A stretch of 64,000 nucleotides of DNA from Octopus sinensis (Eukaryota), in assembly GCF_006345805.1 (NCBI RefSeq), contig NC_043016.1, positions 20,770,001-20,834,000 on the forward strand, written 5' to 3'. The notes under the pieces were generated by a model. That model had not been told where the DNA came from. It saw nothing but the letters and a program-made list of their open reading frames with translations, and made no database searches. The first letter of the stretch is position 1. Every line of letters starts with the position of its first letter. Below are positions 13,678 through 25,856 of the stretch, in pieces. The position numbers were made by a program, and so were the translations under genes.

Positions 13678-13830
13678 GTGCATGGCTTAGTGGTTAGGGT
13701 GTTGCACTCGTGATTGCAAGATTGTGGTTTCAATTCCCAGACTTAGCATTGCGTTGTGTTCTTAAGCAAAACACTTCATTTCACATTGCTTGGTAATCAT
13801 TTCGCCATCTGATATGTGGCACATGCTGCA
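13678..13830 (+). mobile_element. tRNA-derived SINE fragment (family D)
   Basis: A box TGGCTTAGTGG and B box GGTTTCAATTCC, followed by GTGTTCTTAAGCAAAACACTT. Confidence 0.55.
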
Positions 13831-13889
13831 CCTGTACAGGTAATGATAATTTGTGAGCACCAACATTTTGATCATTATAAACAGTTCAG

Positions 13890-15705
13890 CAAGAAATTTC
13901 AGAATCCTCATACGTTGTCCAATGACAAAAGAAAATTGTGATGTCATAGGAGAGAAATGTGCCTGCATGGATGATGGTGCACTTGCATTTAATGATTCTG
14001 CAAAGAAAGAGGCTTAGAAATTCCATTATAAAAGACTGCTGAATGTGGAGAATGAATGGGAGGAGGAAGGCCTGCCAAATGTTGACATAATTTAGGGAAC
14101 AGCTATCCAAATTGACAGTACCTTATTAATAAAGCAATTAAGGATATGAAGACAAGGGAAGCTCCCAGCCCATCAGGAATCATCGCTGAGATGCTTAAAA
14201 TATCTGGCAGTGTCAGTTATGGTCTGGTCACCCATATAGTAAATCAGGTTGTTCATGAAGGAGTCATACCCAGTGACTGGTGTAGCAGCAACATAGTTAA
14301 CTGCTACAAGGGTAAAGGTGATGCTTTAGATAAAAAATAATTACAGAGGTATCAAATTGTTGGATCAGGTGATGAAAGTTACAGAGAGAGTCATAGCCCA
14401 ACTAATTAAGGAGAGATGCAGTTTAATTTTGTGCCAGGGCGAAGTGCCACTGATGCTATATTTCTGGTAAGGCAGTTGTAGGAGAAATACATAGCTAAAG
14501 ATAAACCCCTATACTTGGCTTTTGTTGACTTGGAGAAAGCCTTTGACAGGATCCCCCAGTCCCTTATATGGTGGTCAATGCAGAAATTAGGGATAAACGA
14601 GTAGTTGGTGAGAGTTTTTGTACAAGCCATGTACAGGGATGCTATCAGTAGTGTGAGGGTTAGCAATGAGTACAGCAAAAAATTCAGGGTAGAAGTAGGG
14701 GTTCACTGAGGGTCAGTCTTCAGCTCCCTCTTGTTCATCATAGTCCTCCAGGCAATAACAGGAACTTAAGACAGGCTGCCCCTGGGAGATCTTCTATGCT
14801 GATGACCTTGTTCTTACTGCTGAATCACTACCAGAACTAGAGAAGAAGTTCCAGGTAAGGAAGCAAGGTCTAGCAAAAACCAAAGTCTTGGTAAGTAGGA
14901 AGGCAGACAAATCACAAATCCCTTCAGGTAGATGAACCTGCTCAATCTGTAAAAAAGGCATATGTAGAAACTCCATGAGATGTACCTGGTGCAAGCAATG
15001 GATACATATGAGGTGCAGCAATATCAGAAGAAGGTTAACAGGAAAAATAGCTTTTGTATGTGTAAGAAGCACAGGTACAAGAAACACTGAAAATGTACAG
15101 AAAATAGACTCCATCAACTGCCAGGGTGGTAAGTTAGAGGTAGTAGTTAGCTTCTGTTATCTAGGTGATCAAGTTAGTAGTGGAGGTGGATATTCCAAGA
15201 GCATTTCTGTGAGAATAAGATTAGGCTGGGCAAAGTTCAGAGACTCCTACCTTTGCTGGCAACAAAGGACCAGAGTGAAAGGCAGATTGTATGATGCCTG
15301 AACATCTATGCCATACAGCAGTGAAACATGAGCTGTGACAGCTGAGGACATGTGTAGGCTTGAAAGAAATGAAGCCAGAAAGCTTTGCTGAATGTTCAAT
15401 ATCAGTGTACATGTACAACAAAGTGTAAGTGTCTCGAGAGAAAAGTTGGGCATAAGTGGCATCAGATGTGGTGTGCAAGAGAGACTGCACTGGTATGGTC
15501 ATGTGATGTGTATGGACAAGGACAGCTGTGTGAAGAAGCAATGATCTCTAACTGTGGAGGGAACCTGTGGTAGAGGGAGACCCAGGAAGATATGGGATGA
15601 GGTGGTGAAGCATGATCTTTGAATGTTGGGCCTCACAGAGGCAATGACTAGTAACCGAGACCTTTGGCAATATGCTGTACTTCAGAAGACCTGTCAAGAT
15701 ATAAT
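13890..15705 (+). mobile_element. Decayed RTE-clade LINE (RT region with many stops and frameshifts)
   Basis: APSPSGIIAEMLK; YRGIKLLDQVMK; FVDLEKAFD; FYADDL; RCTWCKQWIHMRC; FCYLGDQV; GRLYDA. Same family as 16663-18545. Confidence 0.9.
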
Positions 15706-15788
15706 GGACAACAAGAGGACATGCACAAGGAATGTATTAGCTTGATGCTTGGTGGAAAAAGAAAGATTTTGATATTGAATTGACTATA

Positions 15789-15820
<32 letters not shown>

Positions 15821-15824
15821 AGTA

Positions 15825-16101
15825 GTTGAATGAATTATCCTAGTATGGATAATTCGGTTAACCGATACCCGGGTAGAAAATTCACATCAGAAAACACGGT
15901 TGAAGCTACATGCCAAGGGCAGAGATCACGTGCTTTTGTGTGAAAATTGTGTGTTTTTTTACTATAAATAAGTTCCTTGTCTTTCCTGATGAGAAGGCAG
16001 CATAATGCACCCCTTATTCCTTTGAAATTATGAATATGCAGTCTTCGAAACATATGTCGAGAATAAAGGAATTTTGTTAAATCGTCGTTCGACTCCATTC
16101 T

Positions 16102-16108
<7 letters not shown>
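15825..16108 (+). mobile_element. ~280-bp hammerhead-bearing repeat (Penelope pLTR or retrozyme monomer) between two (TA)n tracts
   Basis: Non-microsatellite island containing the intact hammerhead, flanked on both sides by (TA)n. No ORF. Confidence 0.5.
15971..16073 (+). ncRNA. Type I hammerhead ribozyme (Penelope/retrozyme-like) with intact core
   Basis: CTGATGA 15986-15992; stem II GAAGGCAGCATA/TATGCAGTCTTC; GAAA 16047-16050; palindromic stem III ACATATGT; GTC cleavage triplet (cut after 16058); stem I 15971-15985 pairs with 16059-16073 (4 bp + 3x3 internal loop + 8 bp). Confidence 0.75.
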
Positions 16109-16146
<38 letters not shown>

Positions 16147-16414
16147 GAGCGTGGTCAATGCCAGTGCCAGCTGACTGGTCCCATGTGGGTGGCACATAAA
16201 AAGCACCATTCAAGTGTGGTCAATGCCAGTACTGCCTGACTGGCCCTCGTGCTGGTGGCACGTAAAATGCACCCACTTCGCTCTTGGAGTAGTTGGTGTT
16301 AGGAAGGGCATCCAGCTGTAGAAACTCCTAACTTCTCTTCTGCTTCATTGGAAAAGTTCAAAGACAGAAAACAAATCACCAACTGCATGTGTGTCATATA
16401 TATATATATGTATA

Positions 16415-16659
16415 TCGTTGCTATTATGTTAAATTGTAGTATGTTCAAATTTAGCTAAATGTGTTTCTTTCAATATTTATTTTTGCAATAGCCAGATCTT
16501 TTGGTCAAACTATTGTATCTCCAGCTGCTTCAGATGTCAAGATATCAGAAATTGTCTAAGTGTAGTACAACAGTTTTGCTATGGAATGGTGAAACTATTT
16601 TTTCGTTTTCTGAAAAAGCAACATTTTGTACTTACAACACTTTTGCATAATAGCAACAA
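16415..16659. mobile_element. Candidate 245-bp MITE (14-bp TIR, TA flanks)
   Basis: TA|TCGTTGCTATTATG ... CATAATAGCAACAA|TA, with one mismatch. Confidence 0.4.
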
Positions 16660-16662
16660 TAT

Positions 16663-18544
16663 ATCATCATCATCATCATCATCGTTTAACGTCCGTTCTC
16701 CATGCTAGCATGGGTTGGACGGTTCGACCGGGGTTCTGGGAAACCAGGAGGCTGCACCAGGCTCCAGTCTAATCTGGCAATGTTTCTACAGCTGGATGCC
16801 CTTCCTAACGCCAACCACTCCGTGAGTGTAGTGGGTGCTTTTTACGTGCCACCTGCACAGGTGCCAGGCAAGGCTGGCAACGGCCACGGTCAGATTGGTG
16901 TATTTTATGTGCCACCGGCACGGAAGCCAGTCGAGGCGGTGCTGGCATCGGCCACGGGTCGGATAGTGCTTTTTACGTACCACCAGACCAGGGATCCTGG
17001 CTGGTTCAATTCGATTTCGATTTCGCTTGCCCCAACATGTCTTCACAAGCAAAGGGGGTTGGCATGGGTGCCTGTCGTACGGTCGCATTGGAGTATTTTA
17101 CGTGCCATGGCCACGAGTCGGATAGTGCTTTTTACGTACCACCAGACCAGGGATCCTGGCTGGTTCAATTCGATTTCGATTTCGCTTGCCCCAACATGTC
17201 TTCACAAGCAAAGGGGGTTGGCATGGGTGCCTGTCGTACGGTCGCATTGGAGTATTTTACGTGCCACGGCCACGAGTCGGATAGTGCTTTTTACGTACCA
17301 CCAGGCCAGGGATCCTGGCTGGTTCAACTCGGTTTCGATTTCGATTTCGCTTGCCCCAACATGTCTTCGCAAGCATGGGGGCTTGGCATGGGTGTCTGTC
17401 GTCGGATGAGGTTCTATATCGACTTCGCTTGCCTCAACAGGTCTTTGTGTCCAAGGGAGGAAAGGCATTCATAAGTGGGCTGGGCTCACTTGTCCTGCCT
17501 GGTCTTCTCACGTACAGAATATTTCCAAAGGTCTCGGTCGCTGGTCATTTCCTCAGTGAGGCCTAAAGTTCGAAGGTCGTGCTTCACCACCTCGTCCCAG
17601 GTTTTCCTGGGTCTACCTCTTCCACGGGTTCCCTCAACTGCTAGGGATTGGCACTTTCTCACACACCTATCTTCATCCATTCTCGCCACATGACCATACC
17701 AGCGCAATCGTCTCTCTTGCACACCACAACTGATGCTTCTTAGGTACAACATTTCTCTCAAGGTGCTAACGCTCTGTCGAGTATGTACACTGACATTACA
17801 CATCCATCGGAGCATACTGGCTTCATTCCTCACGAGCTTACGCATGTCCTCAGCAGTCACGGCCCATGTTTTTCTGCCATGTAGCATGGCTGTTCGTACA
17901 CACGCATCATACAGTCTGCCTTTTACTCTGAGCGAGAGGCCTTTAGTCACCAGCAGAGGTAAGAGCTCCCTAAACTTCGCCCAGGCTATTCTTATTCTAG
18001 CAGTTACACTTTCAGCGCACCCACCCCCACTACTGACTTGGTCACCTAGATAACGGAAGCTATCAACTACTTCTAGTTTTTCCCCCTGGAAAGTGACGGA
18101 AGTTGTTTTCTGCAGATTTTCGGAGGTTAATGCTCCCGAGCATCTGCCACATACAAAAACTATCTTCCCAGTTAGCCTACCTTTGACATTGCTGCACCTC
18201 TTATGTGTCCATAGCTTACACTGGGTACATCTTATAGAGTTTCTACCTACACCTTTTCTACAGATCGAACAGGGCCATCTTCCTGAAGATATTTGTGGAT
18301 TGTCTACCTTCCTACTTATTAGTACTTTGGTTTTAGCTAGGTTGACTCTAAGGCCCCTTGATTCTAAACCCTCCTTCCACACCTGGAACTTCTCCTCCAG
18401 TTCTGATAGTGACTCAGCAATAAGAGCAAGGTCGTCAGCGTAGAGGAGCTCCCAGGGACAGCCTGTCTTGAATTCCTCCGTAATTGCCTGGAGTACTATG
18501 ATAAATAGGAGGGGGCTGAGTACTGAACCCTGGTGGACCCCAAC

Positions 18545-18545
<1 letters not shown>
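16663..18545 (-). mobile_element. Young 5'-truncated RTE LINE: open C-terminal ORF (17486-18545), ~820-bp 3' UTR, (GAT)n tail
   Basis: GVHQGSVLSPLLF, LYADDL, C4HC3 finger, FRYLG, RLRWYGHV, RGRGRPRKTW are uninterrupted. 3' UTR contains GGCGTTAGGAAGGGCATCCAGCTGTAGAAAC. Both ends abut ATATAT. Confidence 0.95.
16951..17400. repeat. 159-bp tandem repeat (~2.8 copies) inside the RTE 3' UTR
   Basis: GCCACG(G/A)GTCGGATAGTGC starts at 16951, 17110 and 17269. Confidence 0.9.
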
Positions 18546-18576
<31 letters not shown>

Positions 18577-19439
18577 TCAGACACACACATATATACATAC
18601 ACACACACACACACGTGCGCATATATATATATATATACATACATACAAGCATGCACACACAAATTTTAAGACACTACATAGAAAGCAGTTCTGGAAGATT
18701 TCATGTCTAAGTAAATTGATATACATTCAAAGAAGAAGTCAACAATTTAACCAGTGGCAGTATTTTTCTAATGTTTCTCATTTTTATATTATTTTCTTTC
18801 TGTTATTTTATACGGAAATTTTTAATGAAAGAAACCAACAATAAATTTAAATGTGTTGGAAGAGGAGAGAAAAAAACAGAACAAATTTTTTTTCTCTGAA
18901 TATACTCTTATAATTAATCTACAAAGAGTTCCATATTTTCGAGCATACATCATCATCATCATCACTCTGCAAAAAAAAAAAAAATTGCAGCTAACCCTGA
19001 AAACTTCAGCTGAATGTCACACATTTTCATGTTTAGGAACCATGGAAATTTAGACTAACATCCTTTAGTAAACTATTAGGCTAACTTACAATACTTCCCT
19101 TAACACTACCAAATATCACCACTGATCTCCACCATCACCTGTATTGGCCATCTTTAATAACATTAACCAAGTCTGTCCAAAACTTGATCTTCAGCATATA
19201 AAGTGCAATGGGGACATTTGGGGAAAATTTTGGGTGGGAAAAAATACACCTTATATTGTCAGAAAATACTATATTTTCCATCTAAGAAACACAAAACCGT
19301 TAGATTCACTTCAACATTTAAATTTAATTTGCCAAAATATTTTCGGCACTTTGAGACCACGACCTGTTCACTGACAAAATTCCGTGCTGCATCTCGAGAT
19401 ATAAACAGTGCATCTTCGAAATCGATCAATGGAAATTGC

Positions 19440-19960
19440 AGATGTGTTACCAGTGCCGATGGCATGTAAGAGAACCTTCCGTTTCGCGACCGTTGCCAGC
19501 GCCGCCCCGTTTGCCAGCTCTGTCTGGCACCTGTGCAGGTGGCACGTAAAAAGCACCCACTACACTCACGGAGTGATTGGCGTTAGGAAGGGCATCCAGC
19601 CATAGAAACACTGCCAGATTTGACTGGGCCTGATGAAGCCTTCTGGCTTCACAGACCCCAGTAGAACCGTCCAACCCATGCTAGCATGGAAAACGGACGC
19701 TAAACGATGATGATGATGATGATGATATATCATCATCATCATCACTATTATTTAACACCTGTTGTCCATGCTGGCATGGGTTGGACTGTTTGACCAAAGC
19801 TGATAAGCTGGGAGGCTGCACCAAATTCCAGTCTGATTTGGCATGGGCTTCTACAGCTGGATACCTTTCCTATTGCCAACCATCACGAGAGTGTAATGGG
19901 TGCTTTTACATGCCACCAGAAAGGTGTCATTTACGTGACACCAGTATCTGCCATGGCTGC
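19440..19960. mobile_element. Tail-to-tail pair of RTE-3'-end elements (plus ~19440-19726, minus ~19730-19960)
   Basis: ...AAACGATGATGATGAT-ATAT-CATCATCATC...CATGCTGGCATGGGTTGGAC. Further single copies at ~5339-5530 (-), 16150-16325 (+), 37640-38205 (+), 43632-43883 (+), 58312-58640 (-) and 63497-63670 (+). Confidence 0.85.
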
Positions 19961-20631
19961 GATTTTGCTCAGCTTGATGGGTCTTGACAGAGGAATTAAG
20001 TGATTATCTTATGGACTTCATTAGCTTACAGCTGTTTCCGCTATAAGATACAGAATAATAATAATAATAATAATAATAATAGAGCAGAATAATAATAATA
20101 ATGATAAAATGTCCTGATGCAGTACCAGACAGTGGTGTGGCTCTCATGGCTTCTGATTTTAACTGATTGGAAGTGTTATCTGTACATTGTTTTGTCTTGG
20201 TATAAAAGATGGGCTACAGCAAATATTCTGCTCAATACCACAGATTTGCTTATCAGTTGGTTGACAATAGCCAGTTAGTGGCTGACAATATGTATATCTC
20301 TGATCACAAGCAGAAGTAGTGGGGGAGCATGTTGAGAGGAATTCTTTTATTGTTTGAATAATTTGCTCCTGGAAACATGGCTGTTTTGTTTGTTATCCTA
20401 ACAAAACATGGCTGTTTTGTTAGGATAAAGAAGAAAACTAACTGAGCCCCACCTGCAAGGTCATGTGCTGTTTATCTTGATATTAGATCACTATGTCATA
20501 GATATATGATTGTGATGCATGTGCTTTATGTGTCTTTATCAGATGGGAAGTCATGATGTGTATATTGGGCTTTGTATATATGTACCCCAGTGTTACTTTG
20601 AAGGCATGCATTGCTTTCTCACCTAATAATA

Positions 20632-20666
<35 letters not shown>

Positions 20667-21099
20667 AGATGAGAGATAGGAGATGATGGGTGGGGGCAGG
20701 CAAAAGTTGCAAGAGTGTTGGTAGAAGAGAGTAAGAGGTGTACAATAACAACTATAGGTTTTAGATTAATTAGAGGCAAATCTTGTGAGTTGCAAACAAA
20801 AGTGGGAAGGTCATCAAGATCAGATATAAGGATTTGTTAAGAATGAGATGTGGATTTCAATAGGATTTAGTTCATGGTTGTGAAAATAAATAACTGGTAG
20901 CACAAAATGGAATAAAATATGTAGTTTTATTTCTCATTTAATTACTATAACAGAATAATGCTGTAGTTAGGAGAGCAATGAAGGATTAGGAATAGGAAGA
21001 TGATAGGGTGTTGAAGGTTTGACAGGGGTAAAATGTGTTTGCACAGAGCTGGGCCCTGAACTGTGACAAACAGGCTTTCACAAGCACAGCAAATTGACA

Positions 21100-22150
21100 A
21101 TCATCTTACTTCTTGGCCATCTCCTCTATGAAGGTCAACAGCTTGAGAACAGCCTTCACAGCTTTGTCTCACATCTTTCTTTTCTATAGATTTCATCTAT
21201 ATTAAGCAATTGGCACTTCTTTTTACAGCTGTCCTCAACCATATATATCACATACTCATGCCAATGCAATCTTCTCTTTTGCACACTATGAACTGCTAAT
21301 TTCTCTTATGCAACAATTTTTCTCTCAACACATTTATGTACAGCATTTATCTATACTTTCACCACACATCCTCTTTCTGAACTTTGCATGCCCTCTGCAT
21401 TCAAGTAACATTGCAGTTCATATACAAGCTGCCTTTTACTCTGAGAGAGAAACCTTTTGTTTCTGTGGTAATAAGTTTCTGAAATTTCTCCAGCTTATTC
21501 TTACTCTGGTTACTATAGTTTCAGAGCATCTCCTTACACTGCCAGTTAAGTCTCCTAGATAGCAAAAGCTATCTTTCTATCTATGGGGATCCTCCTGGAC
21601 ATTCAAGAAAATCTATTTCCTCCGTGTTCTTAGAATTTATTGCTCCTGTGTATCTGCCACATATGAAGATTCCTAAATCTGTTAATCTTGCTGTGATTCT
21701 ATTGTGTCCCTGGTTTGTACTGGATGCACTGTATGATGTGCCCAGTGCTCTCTGGGTACCTTTTCTGCATATTGTGCTGCACTATTTTCCTGAAAAGTGT
21801 GAAGTCCTGACTGGTTCCCTGTTTTCTAGAACTTTGGTGATTTTTGCTAAGTTAATTTTAAGACCCTTTAATTCCAAGTTTTGTTTCCACGCTTGAAATT
21901 ACTTTTGTAATTCTATTACTAATTCTTCTATGAGAATAAGGTCATCAGATATTTTAAGCATCTCAGCAGTAATTCTTGATGAACCAGGGGTTTTTTCTGT
22001 CATCATTTCCCCAATTGCTTAATCCATCATACTGCAGCTAGCTAGGATAGCTAGTCCCTCTGTTGGGTCCAAAATAAGCAGGCTCTCTTTCTCTCATGCA
22101 TTGCCCACATTTAGTAACATTTCATGCCTCTTTTCTTTTCATGATCATTA
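21100..22150 (-). mobile_element. Old RTE LINE copy with an internal deletion
   Basis: Homologous to 13890-15705; the EMLKIS region is fused directly to the (YA)DDL region. Confidence 0.7.
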
Positions 22151-22163
22151 AGTGCATGTGTAC

Positions 22164-23660
22164 ATGGCTCCGGTCATCTGCAAACCTTTAACACTTCTAT
22201 TCAATATGTCATTGGCAACGGGTGTTGTACCTGCAGACTGGAGAACAGCGATAATCTGCCCGATTTTCAAGAAAGGGAGCCGCGAAGACCCACTTAATTA
22301 CCGACCGGTTTCCCTTACTTCAATAATCAGCAAGATGTTCGAAACCATCCTCAAGAAAAGTATGTTGCTCCACCTCCAAAACACAACCTCTATCTCTGAT
22401 TCCCAACACGGCTTTGTGCCGAAGAGATCATGCTTGACCAACTTACTGGCAATGGAAGAATTGGTGACGCGTATCCTGGATGATGGTGATGCTGTTGACA
22501 TCGTTTTATTGGACTTTGCCAAAGCTTTTGACTCGGTTAACCACCAGCTATTACTTGTCAAGCTTCAAGCATATAGTTTCCATCCAGATATTGTACGATG
22601 GGTTGGTGCTTTACTCTCAGATCGACCCTTCCAAGTCCAAGTTAATGGTTTGCTGTCCGACATCTCCAGTGCAAGCAGTGGCGTGCCTCAAGGTTCAGTG
22701 CTTGGGCCGTTATTGTTTTTAGTCTTCATAAATGACTTGCCCAACGACCTCACGCAACACACCCTTCTATTTGCCAATGATGTCAAACTGGTTGCTCCTC
22801 GCAGTGATATAGCTGATCTTTGTCGATGTCTCCACCAAGTTTGGAGATGGTCTAACGAATGGGACCTGTGTCTGAACATGTCAAAGTGCTGTCATCTGCC
22901 TGTTGGCTCCTCTTCTGCAACTCAACTTGATTTCGGGCCAGGTTGTCTGCTGCTGGAGAGGACCGACCAGGTAAAGGACCTGGGTATCTTGATGGATTCT
23001 TCCTTTTTGCCTTCGGCCCAATGCGTCCATGCTGCCAACAAAGCATGCGGAGTTCTATTTTTGATTTGACAGTCATTCGGAATGCTCACAGCAGCCATAT
23101 TCCTACTGCTCTATGTCACGCTGGTGAGACCCTTATTGGAGTACAGGATTCAAGCCTCTTCTTATCTCCTCAAAGACATACATCATCTCGAAAGAGTCCA
23201 GAAGCTGGCTACCCACATGGTTCTTGGTCTTCATTAACTTTGTCTTATGAAGAAAGGCTGAAGACGCTTGACCTTTATTCTCTAGAAAAACGACGATGCC
23301 GTGGTGATCTCATTCTCGCTCACAACATCATAAGCGGAAAGTGTAACCTCTCGAAAGAGCTGTTCTTCACTCCTGCTCCAGAGCGTCAGCTGCAGGGTCA
23401 CTCCGAAAAGCTCTATCTGCGTCGATTTCATCTCAATCGAAGGAGAGGGGCTTTCTCCGTCCGGGTTGCAGATCCGTGGAATAAGCTGCCAGATGAGATG
23501 GTGAAGATGCCGACGACCGCTCGGTTCAAAGACTCTCTTGACCAGAAATGGCCTGAACTCTTTGCATGAACACCCTCCCTGTACATAACTCCATGTCCCC
23601 CTACATGGCCTTGCTTTTGCTTTTTGAGCCAAAAAATTAACTTAACTTAACTTAGCTTAC
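22164..23660 (+). mobile_element. 5'-truncated CR1-clade LINE (RT plus C-terminal domain, (CTTAA)n tail), inactivated
   Basis: IICPIFKKG, NYRPVSLTS, QHGF, DFAKAFDSV, GVPQGSVLGPLLF, FANDVKL (YADD variant), YEERLK, RRCRGDLI, WNKLP. TGA at 23067, frameshifts, tail 23637-23660. Confidence 0.92.
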
Positions 23661-23724
23661 AATCCTCCAGCCATTCACATTTCACTCTCACAACATCATG
23701 ATATTTTCTAATACATTGTCCTGA

Positions 23725-24683
23725 AGTCTTTACATGCGACAGATGCACAGGTACATTAAACACCAGGCATGTACAAAAAATAGACTCCCTCATATGCCAG
23801 GCAGGGTCTCTAGAAGTAGTAGACTGTTTCCATTACTCAGGAGACCAAGTTAGTAGGGGTGGCTGTTCCAAAAACATAGCTGCTAGAATAAGAATAGGCT
23901 GGGCAATGTCCAGAGAGCTACTACCTCTGTTAGTAACAAAAGGCCTCTCCCTCAGAGTAAAAGGCAGATTGTTCGATGCCTGTGTACAAACAGCTATGCT
24001 ACATGGCATTGAGACATGGGCTGTAGCTACTGAAGATATGCAAAGACTTGAAAGAAATGAAACCAGTATGCTTCACTGGATGAGTAATGTCAGTGTGCAT
24101 ACAAGACAGAGTGTAAGTGATTTGAGAGAAAAACTGGGCATACTTGGCATCAGATGTAGTATGCAAGAGAGCAGACTGCACTGGCATGGTCATGTAATGT
24201 GTATGAATGAAGACAGTTACATCAAAAGGTGCTGATCTCTAATTGTAGAGGGAACATGCATGTGAAAAAGGAAGGCATGGGACGAATTGGTGAGAAAGGA
24301 TTTACAGGTGTTGGAACTCACAGAGGGGATGACAGTGGACTGAGACTCCTGGCAGTTTGCTGTGCTGCAAAGGACATCTCAAACTAAGTAAAAGCATGGT
24401 TACTTTTGCATACTGGCTCATTCCTTGCAATCCTCTCCAGCTGAGCATCCCTAATCTTGTGGGCTCATAAATGCTGGTACCATGTAAAAAGAACCTGTGC
24501 CAGTGCTATGTAAAAGCACCCAGTACACTCTGTAAAGTGGCTGGCATTAGGAAGGGCATTCAGCTGTAAAAACCAGGCCAAAACAGACAGGGAGCCTGAA
24601 CAACCCTTCAGCTGGCCAGCTCTTGTCAAGCCATCCAACCCATACAAGTATGGAAAATGGATGTTAAATTATGATGATAATGA
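23725..24683 (+). mobile_element. 5'-truncated RTE LINE copy including 3' UTR and tail
   Basis: RELLPLLVTKGLSLRVKGRLFDAC...RLHWHGHV, then GGCATTAGGAAGGGCATTCAGCTG and a GATGAT tail. Confidence 0.85.
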
Positions 24684-24697
24684 TATACATGTATATA

Positions 24698-25856
24698 CGA
24701 GGGGTGTTCATTAAAGGTTTCCTCTAACCCACCTCCCAAGGACTGGGATAAATGAAACTTGGCGTAATTATTAGTCCTTTTCTACATAGCCACCACCAAC
24801 GATGACACACTTCTCCCATCGTTTTATGCAGTTGTGAAGGCCTCGTCTGTAGAAGTTGGTAGGTTGCTTCTGGAGCCTAGACTTTACCTCAAAAAATAAG
24901 TTCATCATCATTTGAAAAGTGTTTCCCCTTAAAAAAAAAACTTCATGGTTGGAAAGAGGTAGAAGTCAGATGGTGCAAGGTCAGGAGAGTAAGGGAGATG
25001 AGGAAGGATTTCATAGCCACAATAGTGTGCTTTCATCTGGGCAACGTGCATTGTGAACTGGGGTGTCGTCTTAGAAGAAGTGGACTCCTTTGGTCAGCAT
25101 GTCACGCCTCTCTGCTTTGATACATCCCACAATTTCTGCAGCAGAGAAGCATAATATGCCTTGTTAATTGTGGTGCTCTTAGTCAGAAAATCCATCATCA
25201 CTGCTCCACACTGGTCTCAAAAGACTGTGAGCATCACCTTGGACATCCTGTGTGATAAGTCTACCGAAAAAGTCCTCCTTGTTTTCTTGGCACATTGCCA
25301 AAAGAGCCTGGGAGCAATTGACTCGTTCCTCCTTCTGAAAAGATGTGAGCAACTTCCACATGTGCAAATGGTCATGAATGATTTTTTTTCCATAGACCCT
25401 ATACTTATCTTCACTTCTTGTTAATTACTGTATAGTTATGCGGTGATCCTCCAAAATGGTGGCTTCCACTTTATGGATGGTGTCATCATCAATGCCAGAA
25501 TGTGGTCATCCAGGAGCAGTTTCCACTGAGGTCTGACCACATTTGAACTGGCGATTCCAGTACTTGACTATGTCATATGATGATGCATCATCTCTATAAA
25601 CTTTTTTGATCTCACCGAAAGTCTCTTTTGGTGTACAACCTTTCAAGTATAAGAACCTGATCACCGATCTGTATTCAACTGCCTCCATTATAACACCCTA
25701 GTCCACTTCAGCAGCCATAAAAGACAAATGAATATTTGTGGAAAGCTGCAATTTACAATGTGACATGTAAAGACATGTATGATTATACTTGTACAAGTTC
25801 CATTTCTTGCAATAACTGGAAGTGAATCAGGGGAAATCTTTAATGAACACACCTCG
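24698..25856 (-). mobile_element. Mariner element (D34D type) with both TIRs and TA TSD, internally deleted
   Basis: TA|CGAGGGGTGTTCATTAAAGGTTTCC ... GGAAATCTTTAATGAACACACCTCG|TA. MEAVEYRSVIRFL N-terminus; ITQD fused to KVMLTVF; PYSPDLAPSDF; RWEKCV..GGYVEKD*. Confidence 0.92.

Noticed and set aside
16951-17400. Possible CRISPR-like array
   Set aside because: Plain tandem duplication without unique spacers, in eukaryotic DNA.
16702-17474. 235-aa and 145-aa plus-strand ORFs with internal repeats
   Set aside because: Antisense to the RTE 3' UTR; open because the 159-bp unit is a multiple of 3.
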